A stretch of DNA of 64,000 nt from Candidatus Caldarchaeales archaeon (GCA_039630055.1 JBCNVN010000001.1:75410-139409); one strand, 5' to 3'; positions 9,972 to 20,812 are shown, counted from the first letter of the stretch. Notes: a model not told the origin generated them from the sequence alone. Program-made: numbers and translations.

Positions 9972-11366
9972 ATGTCTAAATTTATTAAACCGTCTGAGAA
10001 TAAGGTCTTGAGTATGAAGGTTCCAAGAGCATTAACGATCGCCGGCTCCGATTCAGGTGGTGGAGCTGGGATACAGGCCGACCTGAAGACCTTTGCTGCT
10101 CTAGGAGTCCATGGCATGTCAGCGATTACATCTATCACCGCTCAGAATACTAAAACTGTAACAAAGGTACATGACGTACCTGTAGAGATTATCAAGGAGC
10201 AGATAAGAGTGGTGGTTGAAGATATCGGGGTAGATGCGGTAAAAACGGGAATGCTCCACACATCGGAGATAATCTCTGCGGTCGCTGAGGAGCTTGAGAA
10301 TATCGATGCTCCTATCGTAGTTGATCCTGTCATGATTGCGAAGAGTGGTGCGAGGCTACTGAGAGAAGATGCTGTAGAGAATCTGATCAAGAAAATCTTG
10401 CCTATCGCTACCGTAACTACTCCGAATGCTAGAGAAGCTGAAGTGTTGAGCGGTCTCAAGATAAATAGTATTGAAGATCAGAGGATGGCGGCTGAGAGGA
10501 TATCGAGGCTAGGTCCAAAAGCAGTAGTTGTAAAGGGAGGACATATAGATGGTGAAGAAGTAATTGATATTCTATATTATCAGGGAGAGTTTAGAGAGTA
10601 TAGTAGAACTAGGGTCGATACTAGGAACACTCATGGGACAGGATGTACATTTGCATCAGCGATAGCAGGGTATCTAGCGAAAGGCTACGAGATCGTGGAA
10701 GCCGTAAAGGCTGCAAAAGAATTTGTAACAAATGCAATCCTATATGGGTTGGATATTGGAGGCGGTCACGGCCCTGTGAACCCGACTGGAAAACTAGTGA
10801 GAGACTCGGAAAGATACAGGGTACTAGAGAAGATTAGAGAAGCCTTGAAAACTATTGAGGAGTCTAGCTGGATGGCGGATCTTATCCCAGAATCTCAGAG
10901 CAATCTAGTAATGGCTGTAGAGGATGCGGAGACATTAGATGATGTAGTAGGTGTACCCGGTAGGATTGTTAGAGTTGGTGAGAGGGTAAAGATCTCTTCT
11001 TGCCCATGGTTCCAATCTTCTAGACACGTGGCCAGTGCTGTACTCACCATCATGAAGTATTTTCCTCAGATTAGATCTGCCATAAATATCAAGTATAGTG
11101 AAGAATTGGTGAAGGCTGCCGGCGAGCTCGGATTCTCGATAAGTAGTTATGATAGGAGAGAGGAGCCCATAGAGGTAAAGAGGACTGAGGGTGGTACGAT
11201 TCCCTGGGGTATAAAGACCGCTCTAGAGAAAACGGGATGGAGACCTGTAGACTTAATCTATCATCTAGGAGACTGGGGTAAGGAGCCCATGATCCTCATA
11301 TTCGGTGTGGATGCTCTAGATGTTGTAAGTAAGCTGGAGAAGATTGCTTTTAAATTGAGAAGATAG
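9972..11366 (+). CDS. thiDN: bifunctional hydroxymethylpyrimidine/phosphomethylpyrimidine kinase with C-terminal ThiN domain (ThiDN)
   Basis: 464 aa. ThiD N-terminus '[40 protein letters not shown]', anion hole 'HGTGCTF', plus a C-terminal domain of about 200 aa typical of archaeal ThiN fusions. Confidence 0.8.
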   Translation: MSKFIKPSENKVLSMKVPRALTIAGSDSGGGAGIQADLKTFAALGVHGMSAITSITAQNTKTVTKVHDVPVEIIKEQIRVVVEDIGVDAVKTGMLHTSEIISAVAEELENIDAPIVVDPVMIAKSGARLLREDAVENLIKKILPIATVTTPNAREAEVLSGLKINSIEDQRMAAERISRLGPKAVVVKGGHIDGEEVIDILYYQGEFREYSRTRVDTRNTHGTGCTFASAIAGYLAKGYEIVEAVKAAKEFVTNAILYGLDIGGGHGPVNPTGKLVRDSERYRVLEKIREALKTIEESSWMADLIPESQSNLVMAVEDAETLDDVVGVPGRIVRVGERVKISSCPWFQSSRHVASAVLTIMKYFPQIRSAINIKYSEELVKAAGELGFSISSYDRREEPIEVKRTEGGTIPWGIKTALEKTGWRPVDLIYHLGDWGKEPMILIFGVDALDVVSKLEKIAFKLRR

Positions 11367-11459
11367 AATCCTATGAAGAGTTTCTCAAACCTCTTCTAAC
11401 CTTAAGATCGACCCCATACCTCTTCAAAAACGATGAAATTCCCCTATCAGTATGCTGTC

Positions 11460-12995
11460 TTATCTTGGATATGCTTCTAATCTTACTTCAAGTTTTCTAG
11501 CCATCTTCAAGAGCTTGTTCTGACATTTCTTAAGATAGATCCTATAAAATCTATCAGGTATATAGATTCTGATCGTGTCTTCATGTTCCTCTACCTCGTA
11601 CTCTGGTATATATTTACCGAGTAAACTACTAATCTGTTTGACAGGGTGACTTGAGTCTTCTCTACTTCCACCTACAGGGACTACGAAGTTTCTCTCACCA
11701 AATACGTAAAGCTCATATTTTGGCTCACCAGTTAGAAAGTCTTTTACTATGACGGTCGGCCTTGCTAGATCTGCTTTTTTAAGACCGGTTGGAACCTTTA
11801 CAACCATCTCTAAAGTATAGATCTCTGTAATCATACCTTTATCCATGAATATTACTGTATCTATTATCGATGGAAGAGTTCCTACATCTACTTTATTCGC
11901 TATACGCTGGATTGCATCTATAGGAGAGGTCGCATGTATCACTCCAACCATACCTATACCTGCATACCTCAAATCGATGAATAGGCTGAAATCTTCCGAT
12001 CCCCTAATCTCATCGAATATGGTATAGTCTGGTCTGCTAAGTAGAAGGACATCATGAAGCTCGTTATCTTTAGATGTAGATTTAGAGTATTGGGTTATCT
12101 CAGGTGAGACATGCAGATCTCTCGGACTCTCAATAGTTTTAACGATCTTGTTCATCTGTCTATAGTGTTCTGCTAAAGCCTGGGCAAAGGTTGATTTACC
12201 CATTCCTGGAGGACCAGCTATAAGAATTCCCTCAGCATGGCCTTCAAGCCTATCGACTACCTCTCTCGGCAGATTGTAATCTCGTAAGCTTTTCTTTAGG
12301 ATCGGTCTAACAACCGTTACCTCGAACCCATCTGAGAATGGAGGTCTAGTAACAACTATCCTATAATCTCTTAACTGGAATATCTTAACATCTGACCTAT
12401 CCACCTCTAGAAAAGAATCGACACCAAAAGAAGAATATGCTTCTCTCATTAAATGAGCTATAAGCAGCTCTAACCCTTCACGATTAACAGGCTTATCTGA
12501 GACCTCTTCTAACTTCCACTTGCCTGGAATACCTCTTTTAACTCTAGGTGGAAGTCCCTCTTTTAGATGTAGGCTCATAACATCTTCAGTGAATAATGTT
12601 TCCATGTTGAACGGTGGTGGAGGTAGATCATATAGTACCTCGACACCTACTGCTTGAGCTAATTTAGCGGTTATAGGATCACATGTGATTAATGTTGCTT
12701 TTAGTTTTCTAGCTTCTTCTATGAGTTTGAGCCTATTATTTTCAGATCCCTCATCCACCTCTCCAATATAGCTTATTTCTACATTTTTCATCTTACATAT
12801 TCTTTCAAGCTCTTCTAATCCATCCATGGCTAGAGTATCCCCACCGACGGCGTACTTCTCTATCTCTGATAGTAGTAGCCGGTGAATTATCAGTCTACCC
12901 TTGAGTAATCCTTTCCCTACTAGATGGGATACCAACTTGAGCTGTATTGCAGATAGGTCTACTAACGCTAGCTCCACCATGAGCGTTTCTACCAA
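11460..12995 (-). CDS. PIN-domain plus PilT/PhoH-like ATPase (COG1855 family)
   Basis: 511 aa. N-terminal PIN-like domain and C-terminal Walker A 'AGPPGMGKSTFAQ'. Confidence 0.65.
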   Translation of the reverse strand: MVETLMVELALVDLSAIQLKLVSHLVGKGLLKGRLIIHRLLLSEIEKYAVGGDTLAMDGLEELERICKMKNVEISYIGEVDEGSENNRLKLIEEARKLKATLITCDPITAKLAQAVGVEVLYDLPPPPFNMETLFTEDVMSLHLKEGLPPRVKRGIPGKWKLEEVSDKPVNREGLELLIAHLMREAYSSFGVDSFLEVDRSDVKIFQLRDYRIVVTRPPFSDGFEVTVVRPILKKSLRDYNLPREVVDRLEGHAEGILIAGPPGMGKSTFAQALAEHYRQMNKIVKTIESPRDLHVSPEITQYSKSTSKDNELHDVLLLSRPDYTIFDEIRGSEDFSLFIDLRYAGIGMVGVIHATSPIDAIQRIANKVDVGTLPSIIDTVIFMDKGMITEIYTLEMVVKVPTGLKKADLARPTVIVKDFLTGEPKYELYVFGERNFVVPVGGSREDSSHPVKQISSLLGKYIPEYEVEEHEDTIRIYIPDRFYRIYLKKCQNKLLKMARKLEVRLEAYPR

Positions 12996-13091
12996 CTATA
13001 CCTACACTAGAATTCTATGAGCCACCTAATAAGTTAGTATATCTAAATCTAGATTGTAATAGTTATGCTAAATTTACTTGTTTAGTATAAC

Positions 13092-13382
13092 TTACTTCCG
13101 TTCAACCTTCTTCTCCTCAACTCTGTACTTTACCAAGAATTCATCATCTCCCAAGACTTGATAACCTGTTAAATTAACTCTATAATCATCTGTCAATCTC
13201 TCCATCTCGTAAATGAAGTCTTCCAGATAATCTATGAAGCCACATGTATGGCATAGAGATCCAGAGATCTTCAATACAACTTCATCATCCTTTATCTCTA
13301 TCAACTCAGCCTCTGCTACAGATCTTCTATACTTGTTAAATTCTTGGATTGTCTTTACTATGACATCTCTTAGATTCGACAT
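13092..13382 (-). CDS. small hypothetical protein with CxxC motif
   Basis: Internal Met of the 148-aa track ORF was chosen ('MSNLRDVIV...'; 97 aa). The longer N-terminus would overlap the trm5 5' region antisense. Contains 'CHTCG'. Confidence 0.3.
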   Translation of the reverse strand: MSNLRDVIVKTIQEFNKYRRSVAEAELIEIKDDEVVLKISGSLCHTCGFIDYLEDFIYEMERLTDDYRVNLTGYQVLGDDEFLVKYRVEEKKVERK

Positions 13383-13398
13383 CTTTGGGGAACATAGA

Positions 13399-14493
13399 AT
13401 GATGGATACTTTTAAGTTTTCCTCCAGTATGTTTAAAAATGGTTTGGAGGATAAGATAGCCGTCAAGATTGAAAAGTCCAAGGCTGAAGTTCTGAGGAGA
13501 AGATTGAAGGCTCTTAATATAATAGATGAAGATTTCAAACCGAGGTTTATAGATGGATATGTCTATTTCCCAATAAAATCTAGAGAGTTTTTAGACCTCA
13601 TCTCAGATGAATATGTATTCGAAGTCGTTAGAGAGAGGTTTGAGAGACGTGGGAAGAAACCTAGAAGCTTGAGGGAGGCATTGGAGAAGACTCTGCCCAG
13701 AGACCTCCACCATTACATCCCCTCATCTATAGACTTGATAGGACATATTGCATTGATAGATATCCCTGATCCACTAAAGGATTATAGTGGAGAAGTGGGT
13801 AGGGCAGTAATGATGGTCTATCCACATGTAAAGACAGTCTTATCAAAGGAAGGAGGAACTATCGGAGATTATAGGATAAGATCGTTTAATATGATTGCAG
13901 GTTCACCGATAACTGAGACGATCTACAGAGAACATGGATGTATCTATAAGCTAGACTTAGGTAAAGTCTTCTTCAATCCTAGAATGAGTGGAGAGAGGCT
14001 TAGAATAGCATTAGAGGTCAAAGATGGAGAATACGTCCTGGATATGTTTGCCGGGATCGGTCCATTCTCAATCTTGATCGCTAAGAAGAATCCTTCAGCA
14101 AGAGTTGTCGCGGTTGAGCTGAACCCTGAAGCATACAGATACCTAGTAGAGAATATCTATCTGAATAAGGTCTCTGAGAGGGTAGAGGCTGTTAGAGGAG
14201 ATGTAAGAGAAGTTTTGAGAGCTCATGGCGGAGTCTTTGATAGAGTTATAATGGATCTTCCATTTAGAGCCTTAGAGTTCTTAGACTTAGCGTTAAATAA
14301 TGTTAAGAAGTATGGGATAATCCACCTATACCATGTTGAGGAGGGAGAGAATGCTATAGATAAAGCATCTGTAAAGACTGTTAGGATAGCGGAAAAGATG
14401 AATATACGATTAGAGGTGGCTTATTCTCGTCGAGTACTTGAGGTAGCTCCGAGAAGATTCATCATAGCTCTAGACCTTCTTAGAAGAGAGTGA
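13399..14493 (+). CDS. trm5: tRNA (guanine37-N1)-methyltransferase Trm5/Taw22-like class I SAM methyltransferase
   Basis: SAM-binding 'LDMFAGIGPFSILIAKK' and 'VVAVELNPEAY'. Start set at the internal Met-Met at 13399; the upstream part of the track ORF looks like a non-coding extension. Confidence 0.7.
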   Translation: MMDTFKFSSSMFKNGLEDKIAVKIEKSKAEVLRRRLKALNIIDEDFKPRFIDGYVYFPIKSREFLDLISDEYVFEVVRERFERRGKKPRSLREALEKTLPRDLHHYIPSSIDLIGHIALIDIPDPLKDYSGEVGRAVMMVYPHVKTVLSKEGGTIGDYRIRSFNMIAGSPITETIYREHGCIYKLDLGKVFFNPRMSGERLRIALEVKDGEYVLDMFAGIGPFSILIAKKNPSARVVAVELNPEAYRYLVENIYLNKVSERVEAVRGDVREVLRAHGGVFDRVIMDLPFRALEFLDLALNNVKKYGIIHLYHVEEGENAIDKASVKTVRIAEKMNIRLEVAYSRRVLEVAPRRFIIALDLLRRE

Positions 14494-14541
14494 ACCCTTA
14501 TACGTCTCTTGATATAATATATCATCTGGAGATAATGGTCT

Positions 14542-15576
14542 ATGGGTGTAAAACTTGGAGATATAATCCCTGAAAATGTAGTCCAGAAGGTCTCTCTAGA
14601 AGATCTTAGAGGAAAACCTATCGCCTTTGATGCATACAATATGCTCTACCAATTCATAACGATAATAAGAGGTCTAGATGGTAGACCCCTAATGGATAGA
14701 CAGAATAGGATAACAAGCCATCTAAGCGGTTTATTCTTTAGAACTATAAATTTTCTGAAAATAGGAGTTAAACCAATATTCGTATATGATGGAAGACCAC
14801 CGGAACTTAAGCAGCAAACCCTTGAGAAGAGGATGGAGAGGAAGGCTGAGGCCGCCCGACTATATCGTCAAGCTTTAGAAGAAGGAAGAGTTGAAGAAGC
14901 TAGAAAGTATGCACAACAGTCAGCGGTACTAGATGAGTATATAGTTGAGAGTTCTAAGAAGCTGATAAGATTGTTGGGGTTACCTATCATCCAAGCTTTA
15001 AGCGAGGGAGAGGCTCAAGCAGCCTACCTAGCTAGAAGGGGAGATGCATATGCCTCAGCCTCACAAGATATGGATTCACTCCTATTCGGCTCACCACGTC
15101 TAGTAAGGAATCTTTCAATAGTTGGGAGGAGAAAGCTTCCAGGAAGAAAAGAGTATGTAGAAGTCGAGCCAGAGATAATATGTCTAGATACGCTACTCGA
15201 TTCATTGAAGATCTCTAGAGAGCAACTAATCGATGTGGCCATACTTGTTGGGACAGACTATTTCGAAGGGGTTAAAGGTATAGGTCCAAAGAAAGCTCTT
15301 AAACTTATTAGAGAGTATGGATCGATAGAGGGTTCTTTAAGATACTTGAATATAGAACTCGAGGTAGACATTGATAGGATTAGAGAAATATTCTTGAAGC
15401 CGAAGGTTTTAGAATCATATTCATTAGAATGGAAAGATCCAGACTATGAAGGTATTGAGGAGATGTTACATGGAGAACATGATTTTTCTCTATCGAGGAT
15501 TAGGAAAGCATTGGATGAGCTTAGAATTACTGTTGAAGAAGAAAGGAGAAAGACAAGTCTAGATACATGGCTTTAG
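14542..15576 (+). CDS. fen1: flap endonuclease 1
   Basis: 344 aa. 'MGVKLGDIIP...KPIAFDAYNMLYQF' N-domain, 'VYVFDG' and 'GTDYFEGVKGIGPKKA' H3TH motif. Confidence 0.9.
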   Translation: MGVKLGDIIPENVVQKVSLEDLRGKPIAFDAYNMLYQFITIIRGLDGRPLMDRQNRITSHLSGLFFRTINFLKIGVKPIFVYDGRPPELKQQTLEKRMERKAEAARLYRQALEEGRVEEARKYAQQSAVLDEYIVESSKKLIRLLGLPIIQALSEGEAQAAYLARRGDAYASASQDMDSLLFGSPRLVRNLSIVGRRKLPGRKEYVEVEPEIICLDTLLDSLKISREQLIDVAILVGTDYFEGVKGIGPKKALKLIREYGSIEGSLRYLNIELEVDIDRIREIFLKPKVLESYSLEWKDPDYEGIEEMLHGEHDFSLSRIRKALDELRITVEEERRKTSLDTWL

Positions 15577-15748
15577 AATCATTTACCTATAATAAACGGT
15601 CATCAGCCTCTCAAATCATCTTTACTAGACCTGCTAGGTCTCTCCCTGCTTTTCTAGTATAGTTTTGATAAAAGCTTACGATAATTTCCTAATCCTTAAT
15701 TTTAGAGAATAGAGAAGTAATCTTTTGATCTAGATAGAAGTTATACGC

Positions 15749-16000
15749 TCATGATTCTCTCTGTTCTTTCTGGATCAGCTCGATCAGCTTCCTCTCTTCA
15801 TCTAGACTGAAAACTCTTATCTTATCATGTATCTCCAACTTCATCAATATGCTTCTCAAATTTGTCAGAGTAATATCAATCCCTTTCTTCCTTAACTCTT
15901 CTAGAAGGTTCTCTTCTAACGCTTTTCCACCCATTTTTTGAAGTATCTCCATAACCCTTGCATATATCTCGCTCCTAAGAACTATGTGTCTCCGACTCAA
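15749..16000 (-). CDS. small hypothetical alpha-helical protein
   Basis: 83-aa ORF immediately downstream of cdc48 on the same strand. No motif recognised. Confidence 0.3.
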   Translation of the reverse strand: MSRRHIVLRSEIYARVMEILQKMGGKALEENLLEELRKKGIDITLTNLRSILMKLEIHDKIRVFSLDEERKLIELIQKEQRES

Positions 16001-16013
16001 ACGTCTCCAACTC

Positions 16014-18188
16014 TCAACCTATCATTGTCAACTGTTTCTCCGTATACTTTAATACTTCTCTCATCCGTTCATACTCTCTTATCATCTGTGGAGATAAACT
16101 AGGCTTAACAGTTCTCAATGCTTCTTCAAAATCTTCTTTAGAAACATACTCAGCCTCAATATTCTTTCTGAGAGCGCTTAGAGCTGCTTCTCTACATACG
16201 GATTCAAGGTCTGCACCTGAGTATCCTTCTGTTCTAGCAGCCAGCTCTCTCAAGTTTACATCATTGGCCAAGGGCATCCTTCTAGTATATATCTTGAATA
16301 TAGAGAATCTGGCCTTTTCATCTGGTGGCGGGACGTATATTAGCCTATCTAGTCTTCCAGGTCTAAGAACTGCTGGATCTATCAGGTTAGGCCTGTTTGT
16401 CGCTCCTATAACTATTACATCTGCTAGTTCTTCTACTCCATCCATCTCTGATAGAAGCTGGCTTGAGACCCTGTTCGTTACACCTGAAGAATCATCTAAC
16501 AGATCTTTCCTAGGTATAATTGATTCGATCTCATCGAAGAATATTATACATGGAGATGCTTGCTTGGCTTTTCTAAATATCTCTCTCACAGCTTTCTCAG
16601 ATTCTCCTACCCATTTACTGAATATCTCTGGACCTTTAACAGAGATGAAGTTAGCTTCAGACTCTGTGGCCACAGCCTTAGCCAGTAGAGTCTTACCACA
16701 TCCTGGAGGGCCATAGAGTAGTATGCCTCTAGGAGGCTTTATATCAAACTTCTCAAATTTTTCAGGATATTTTAACGGCCACTCAACCGTCTCGACGAGC
16801 CTCTGCTTCAATTCTTCTAATCCACCTATATCCTCCCATCTAACATTTGGAACCTCTATCTCTACCTCCCTCAACGCCGTCGGCGTTATCTCTTTGAATG
16901 CATCTAAGAAATCTCTCATAGTAACCATCAAGCTGTCAAGGATTTCAGGAGATATCCTTTCTTCATTAAAATCTATGCTGGGAAGTATCCTTCTAATAGC
17001 TTTCATAGCAGCTTCTCTACATAGAGCCGCTAGGTCGGCTCCCGTATATCCTCTAGTCATCTCTGCCAGCTTATCTATCCTCACATCCTCAGATAGAGGC
17101 ATACCACGAGTATGTATCTGGAGTATCTCTCTCCTACTATTCTTATCAGGTATACCTATCTCTATCTCTCTATCAAATCTTCCAGGCCTCCTTAATGCCG
17201 GGTCTAGTGCATTAGGCCTATTCGTTGCACCTATAACTATTACTTGTCCTCTAGTCTCGAGCCCGTCCATTAATGTTAGAAGCTGAGAGACAACCCTCTT
17301 CTCAACCTCTCCTGTAACCTCACTCCTCTTAGGAGCGATAGCATCGATCTCATCGATGAAGATGATGCTTGGAGCTTCTTCCTCAGCTTTTCTAAATATC
17401 TCTCTCAGCCTCGCCTCGGTCTCCCCATAATACTTATTCATGATCTCTGGACCATTTATCAAGATGAAGTTTGCCTCCGCCTCTGTTGCAACAGCCTTTG
17501 CTAATAGTGTTTTACCACATCCTGGAGGACCATATAATAGTACCCCTTTAGGTGGCTCGATACCGAGCTTCTGGAATAGTTCAGGATATCTGAGTGGTAG
17601 CTCTATCATTTCTCTTATCCTCTGTATCTGTTCTTGTAGACCACCTATATCCTCATAAGTTACACTCGTTCTGAAGGTCTTCTCTTGGATTACCTTACTA
17701 TGTATTACAAGCTTTGTCTTAGGGGTTATTTTTACAACCCCAGCAGGTCTTGTCTGGATCACGGCGAAGGTGAATAGGTTCCCGAAGAATAGTACTGGAA
17801 CCACATTTTTCTGTACTAGTGGATATTCTATAAGGCGACTCTTGATAAGCCTGGTAAAATTCTCATCGGATTTAATAGTAGTATTTACAGGTGCAAGCAC
17901 TACTAATTGAGCTTCTTTTACATCTGCTTTACGGATAGTGACCCAGTCATTTAATGCTACTCCCGCATTACTCCGAATATATCCATCGATCCTGATAACA
18001 TCTTTCTCATCTTCGAGATAGCCTAGCCAAAGAGTTGCAGCCGCAAGCTTCTTACCTCTAATCTCCACCATATCCCCTGTCTGGAAGCCGGCATTCGAAC
18101 CTACTTCTCTATCTATTCTAGCTATACCATAGCCTACATCTCTCTGTCTAGCTTCAGCGACTCTTAGCCTAAGTTCCCTAGGGCTCAT
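16014..18188 (-). CDS. cdc48: CDC48/VCP-like AAA+ ATPase (two AAA domains)
   Basis: 724 aa. N-domain followed by two Walker A motifs 'GPPGCGKT' and two 'VIGATNRPN' second-region-of-homology motifs. Confidence 0.9.
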   Translation of the reverse strand: MSPRELRLRVAEARQRDVGYGIARIDREVGSNAGFQTGDMVEIRGKKLAAATLWLGYLEDEKDVIRIDGYIRSNAGVALNDWVTIRKADVKEAQLVVLAPVNTTIKSDENFTRLIKSRLIEYPLVQKNVVPVLFFGNLFTFAVIQTRPAGVVKITPKTKLVIHSKVIQEKTFRTSVTYEDIGGLQEQIQRIREMIELPLRYPELFQKLGIEPPKGVLLYGPPGCGKTLLAKAVATEAEANFILINGPEIMNKYYGETEARLREIFRKAEEEAPSIIFIDEIDAIAPKRSEVTGEVEKRVVSQLLTLMDGLETRGQVIVIGATNRPNALDPALRRPGRFDREIEIGIPDKNSRREILQIHTRGMPLSEDVRIDKLAEMTRGYTGADLAALCREAAMKAIRRILPSIDFNEERISPEILDSLMVTMRDFLDAFKEITPTALREVEIEVPNVRWEDIGGLEELKQRLVETVEWPLKYPEKFEKFDIKPPRGILLYGPPGCGKTLLAKAVATESEANFISVKGPEIFSKWVGESEKAVREIFRKAKQASPCIIFFDEIESIIPRKDLLDDSSGVTNRVSSQLLSEMDGVEELADVIVIGATNRPNLIDPAVLRPGRLDRLIYVPPPDEKARFSIFKIYTRRMPLANDVNLRELAARTEGYSGADLESVCREAALSALRKNIEAEYVSKEDFEEALRTVKPSLSPQMIREYERMREVLKYTEKQLTMIG

Positions 18189-18279
18189 CCAAGATCTAGA
18201 ACATTAAATCCTCTATTTAAACGAGTGTCTTAAACAAATATGAAGTTTCAATACTCTTTACGGGGATCGTAATTCTATA

Positions 18280-18546
18280 TCATAGTCTGCTAATTCCTGA
18301 TATATCTATCTCTCCCACTTCTTCAAACTTCTTTAGATATTCTTCTAACTTTGAAGGGTATCCTTCTTCATCAGGCATGGTAAACATGGCGTTTATTATT
18401 TTGAGCCCGTAGACGAAAGGCTCCACCCTCACCGATACCATTTCTATCCTCTCAGGAAGGTCTGTTCTTATCCTTGAGATTAAGTCGTCTGTATCTACCT
18501 TCTCATCCACCGGCATTATCTTGACTATTACTGCTACCTTGCCCAT
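18280..18546 (-). CDS. ef1b: translation elongation factor 1-beta (aEF-1beta)
   Basis: 88 aa. Typical archaeal EF-1beta length and the 'VAVIVKIMP...' beta-alpha fold signature. Confidence 0.75.
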   Translation of the reverse strand: MGKVAVIVKIMPVDEKVDTDDLISRIRTDLPERIEMVSVRVEPFVYGLKIINAMFTMPDEEGYPSKLEEYLKKFEEVGEIDISGISRL

Positions 18547-18549
18547 ACC

Positions 18550-18747
18550 TCATGGCCCCTCGAAGCCACATGATGGACATGAATAAGGTCTAGAAAGCTC
18601 TCTACACAGTCTACATCTCCATATCCGGACTCTGCCACAGTTAGGACATGGAAAATTTACTGCAGGCTCACCAGGTGCAACAGGCTTATTACATGAACTG
18701 CAGACTACCGTCTTCTTACTCATAAAGTCTTCTAAATGTTTCCTCAA
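18550..18747 (-). CDS. Zn-ribbon protein conserved next to ef1b
   Basis: 65 aa with four CxxC pairs 'CSSCN...CPNCG...CRLCR...CPSCG'. Zn-ribbon neighbours of ef1b are conserved in archaea. Confidence 0.6.
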   Translation of the reverse strand: MRKHLEDFMSKKTVVCSSCNKPVAPGEPAVNFPCPNCGRVRIWRCRLCRELSRPYSCPSCGFEGP

Positions 18748-18812
18748 TATAAAGCCATCCTAATGAGAGAAGTTATTAAGAAGAATCTTAAGATTTTCTT
18801 GTGAGGATCGTC

Positions 18813-18984
18813 TTTGGGCATAAGAGAATTTATTAAGGATTCGCTAACACTCTTTAAACTAGCTAGAAAGCCTGCGAGGAATGAATTTCTCCTCGCCTTA
18901 AGGATAACCCTACTCGGAGTAGGCATCATTGGGGTCATAGCATTTATTATAAGGTTTGTAGCTCTTGCTATCCAAGGAGTTTAG
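18813..18984 (+). pseudogene. secE: preprotein translocase SecE (Sec61-gamma), apparently interrupted by a +1 frameshift in a T-run
   Basis: TTG start at 18813 gives 'MGIREFIKDF' then stop at 18855. A +1 frame from 18841 gives 'SLTLFKLARKPARNEFLLALRITLLGVGIIGVIAFIIRFVALAIQGV*', a typical SecE TM segment. Deleting one T in GATTTCG (18837-18843) fuses the two into a 56-aa SecE. Confidence 0.45.
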
Positions 18985-18994
18985 GGGGATCGAG

Positions 18995-19498
18995 ATGTCT
19001 TCGGGTACTCCAAGATATTTTGCCGTAAAAGTAACGGTAGGGCAAGAAAGAAACGTGGCAAAGATCGTTGAAAGCAAAGTTATCAGAGAGGTTGTGGAGG
19101 ATGGTAAAACCGTCAAGGTTGAGAGGATAGTTGAAGGCATATACTCTATTATTGCATTGCCAAACATTAAAGGCTACATATTCATAGAAGCTGATAGTAG
19201 AGAGAAGGTCTCACTAATAACTCAAGGGATAAGACATGTAAAATCTAGACCCGCTATATTGGTAAAGAAAGAAGAGATAATGCAACATCTTATAGAGAAG
19301 CCGATGATCGAGATGATCTCTATTGGAGATATGGTAGAGATCGTTTCAGGGCCTCTAAGAGGAATATACGGCAAAGTCTTAAGGATCGATAAACCAAAGA
19401 ATGAGGTAACGATAGAGCCTACAGATGCTGCCTTCCCCCTACCTATCTCTATCCCTGCAGACCAAGTAAGGATAGCTCAACAATCGGAAAGGAGGTGA
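18995..19498 (+). CDS. spt5: transcription elongation factor Spt5 (NusG homologue)
   Basis: 'RYFAVKVTVGQERNVA' NGN domain and C-terminal KOW 'GDMVEIVSGPLRGIYGKV'. GGGGG Shine-Dalgarno-like run upstream of the 18995 ATG. Confidence 0.85.
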   Translation: MSSGTPRYFAVKVTVGQERNVAKIVESKVIREVVEDGKTVKVERIVEGIYSIIALPNIKGYIFIEADSREKVSLITQGIRHVKSRPAILVKKEEIMQHLIEKPMIEMISIGDMVEIVSGPLRGIYGKVLRIDKPKNEVTIEPTDAAFPLPISIPADQVRIAQQSERR

Positions 19499-19502
19499 CC
19501 TA

Positions 19503-19982
19503 ATGCCTCAGAAGACTGTTAGATTCATAGTTCAAGGAGGTGAAGCAACAGCAGGCCCACCGATCGGGCCTTCACTCGGTCCACTAGGTGTAAATGTTCT
19601 CCAGATCGTTGAAGAAATAAACCGGGTTACTTCAGAGTTTAAAGGGATGAGGGTTCCAGTAGAGGTAACAGTGGATACAGGTACAAAAGATTTCAAAGTT
19701 ACTGTGGGTATACCTACAACTACAGCCTTGATAGTGAAAGATGCAAAGATAGAGAAAGGTGCTAAGATGCCTGGAAGAGAGACTGTAGGTCAAGTCAGTC
19801 TCGAGCAGGTTATAAAAATAGCTAGGATGAAGATGGATGATATGCGTGCTAAGAGCTTGAAGACTGCTGTAAAGCAAGTTCTAGGAACATGTTTAAGTAT
19901 GGGGATATTGGTAGATGGTAAAAGTCCGAAAGAAGTCTTGAGAGAGATCGACTCCGGTCTTCACGATGAAAGATTGAAGTAG
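19503..19982 (+). CDS. rpl11: 50S ribosomal protein L11
   Basis: 159 aa. 'VQGGEATAGPPIGPSLGPLGVN' L11 signature. Confidence 0.9.
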   Translation: MPQKTVRFIVQGGEATAGPPIGPSLGPLGVNVLQIVEEINRVTSEFKGMRVPVEVTVDTGTKDFKVTVGIPTTTALIVKDAKIEKGAKMPGRETVGQVSLEQVIKIARMKMDDMRAKSLKTAVKQVLGTCLSMGILVDGKSPKEVLREIDSGLHDERLK

Positions 19983-20084
19983 CTTATGCGAAATTGAACC
20001 ATGAGGGATAGATCCGGAATATAGGTTGGAATACTTCAAGGTATGTTTAAATTAATCCTCTAGCCCTCAACCTTTAGAGAGGTT

Positions 20085-20741
20085 ATGCTTAAGAGTTTAG
20101 AAGCAGACTTGGCAACAGCTATCGAAGAAGCTAAGAAGAATGGAAAGCCTAGAAAATTTGAGCAGAGTATAGAGTTGATTATAAATATAAAAGGGTTAGA
20201 TTTGAAGAAGGCTGAGAATAGGTTCGTGGAAGATATAGAGCTTCCGAACAGTCCAATAGGTGGAAGAAAGATCTGTGTAATAGCTGGAGGTGCGCTAGCC
20301 TCTGAATCTAGGAAGATAGGAGAGGTTAGTAGAGTTATAGAGAGAGATGAGCTGGAATCGCTTATCGGTAACAAGAGGATAGCGAAGAAGGTCGCCTCAC
20401 AGTATGATTACTTTCTAGTTGATCCACCTCTGATGGGTTTAACGGCTAAGGCTCTTGGAGCTGCTCTAGGAGGAAGAGGTAAGAAGCCTGTCCCTATACC
20501 TCCAGGATCAAGTATAAGCGAACTCGTTAAGAAGTATAGTCGGATGGTTACGGTAAGTGTTAGGAAGAATCCTCAAGCTATGTGCGCGATAGGTACTGAA
20601 AGTATGGAGACTAGAGCCCTCGTAGAAAATGCTCTAGCGGTAATCTCTAAAGTCTCAGATAGATTAGAGAAGCATTTCAAGAATATAAAATCAATATATG
20701 TTAAGAAGAGTATGGGTAAGCCTATCAAGATAACACTTTAA
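20085..20741 (+). CDS. rpl1: 50S ribosomal protein L1
   Basis: 218 aa. L1 fold motifs 'QSIELIINIKGLDLKK', 'KICVIAGG'. Confidence 0.9.
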   Translation: MLKSLEADLATAIEEAKKNGKPRKFEQSIELIINIKGLDLKKAENRFVEDIELPNSPIGGRKICVIAGGALASESRKIGEVSRVIERDELESLIGNKRIAKKVASQYDYFLVDPPLMGLTAKALGAALGGRGKKPVPIPPGSSISELVKKYSRMVTVSVRKNPQAMCAIGTESMETRALVENALAVISKVSDRLEKHFKNIKSIYVKKSMGKPIKITL

Positions 20742-20812
20742 AGATAAAAATCATCTCTCAGAGTATAGTTAGAGAAAGTTTATCAACTTACATGTTGATG
20801 TAGATCTAGAAC

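Noticed and set aside
13234-13398. Upstream 55-codon extension of the trm5 ORF
   Set aside because: It overlaps the small divergent gene antisense and has no similarity to Trm5 N-termini. The internal Met-Met at 13399 gives a normal-length protein.
16264-17658. Three plus-strand ORFs (150, 187 and 72 aa) inside cdc48
   Set aside because: They are antisense shadow ORFs of the strongly supported CDC48 gene. Their low-complexity Ser/Leu/Pro-rich translations carry no motifs.
18744-19167. Minus-strand ORFs 18744-18938 and 18910-19167
   Set aside because: They are antisense to the secE remnant and to the spt5 5' region. Conserved synteny and motifs support the plus-strand genes.
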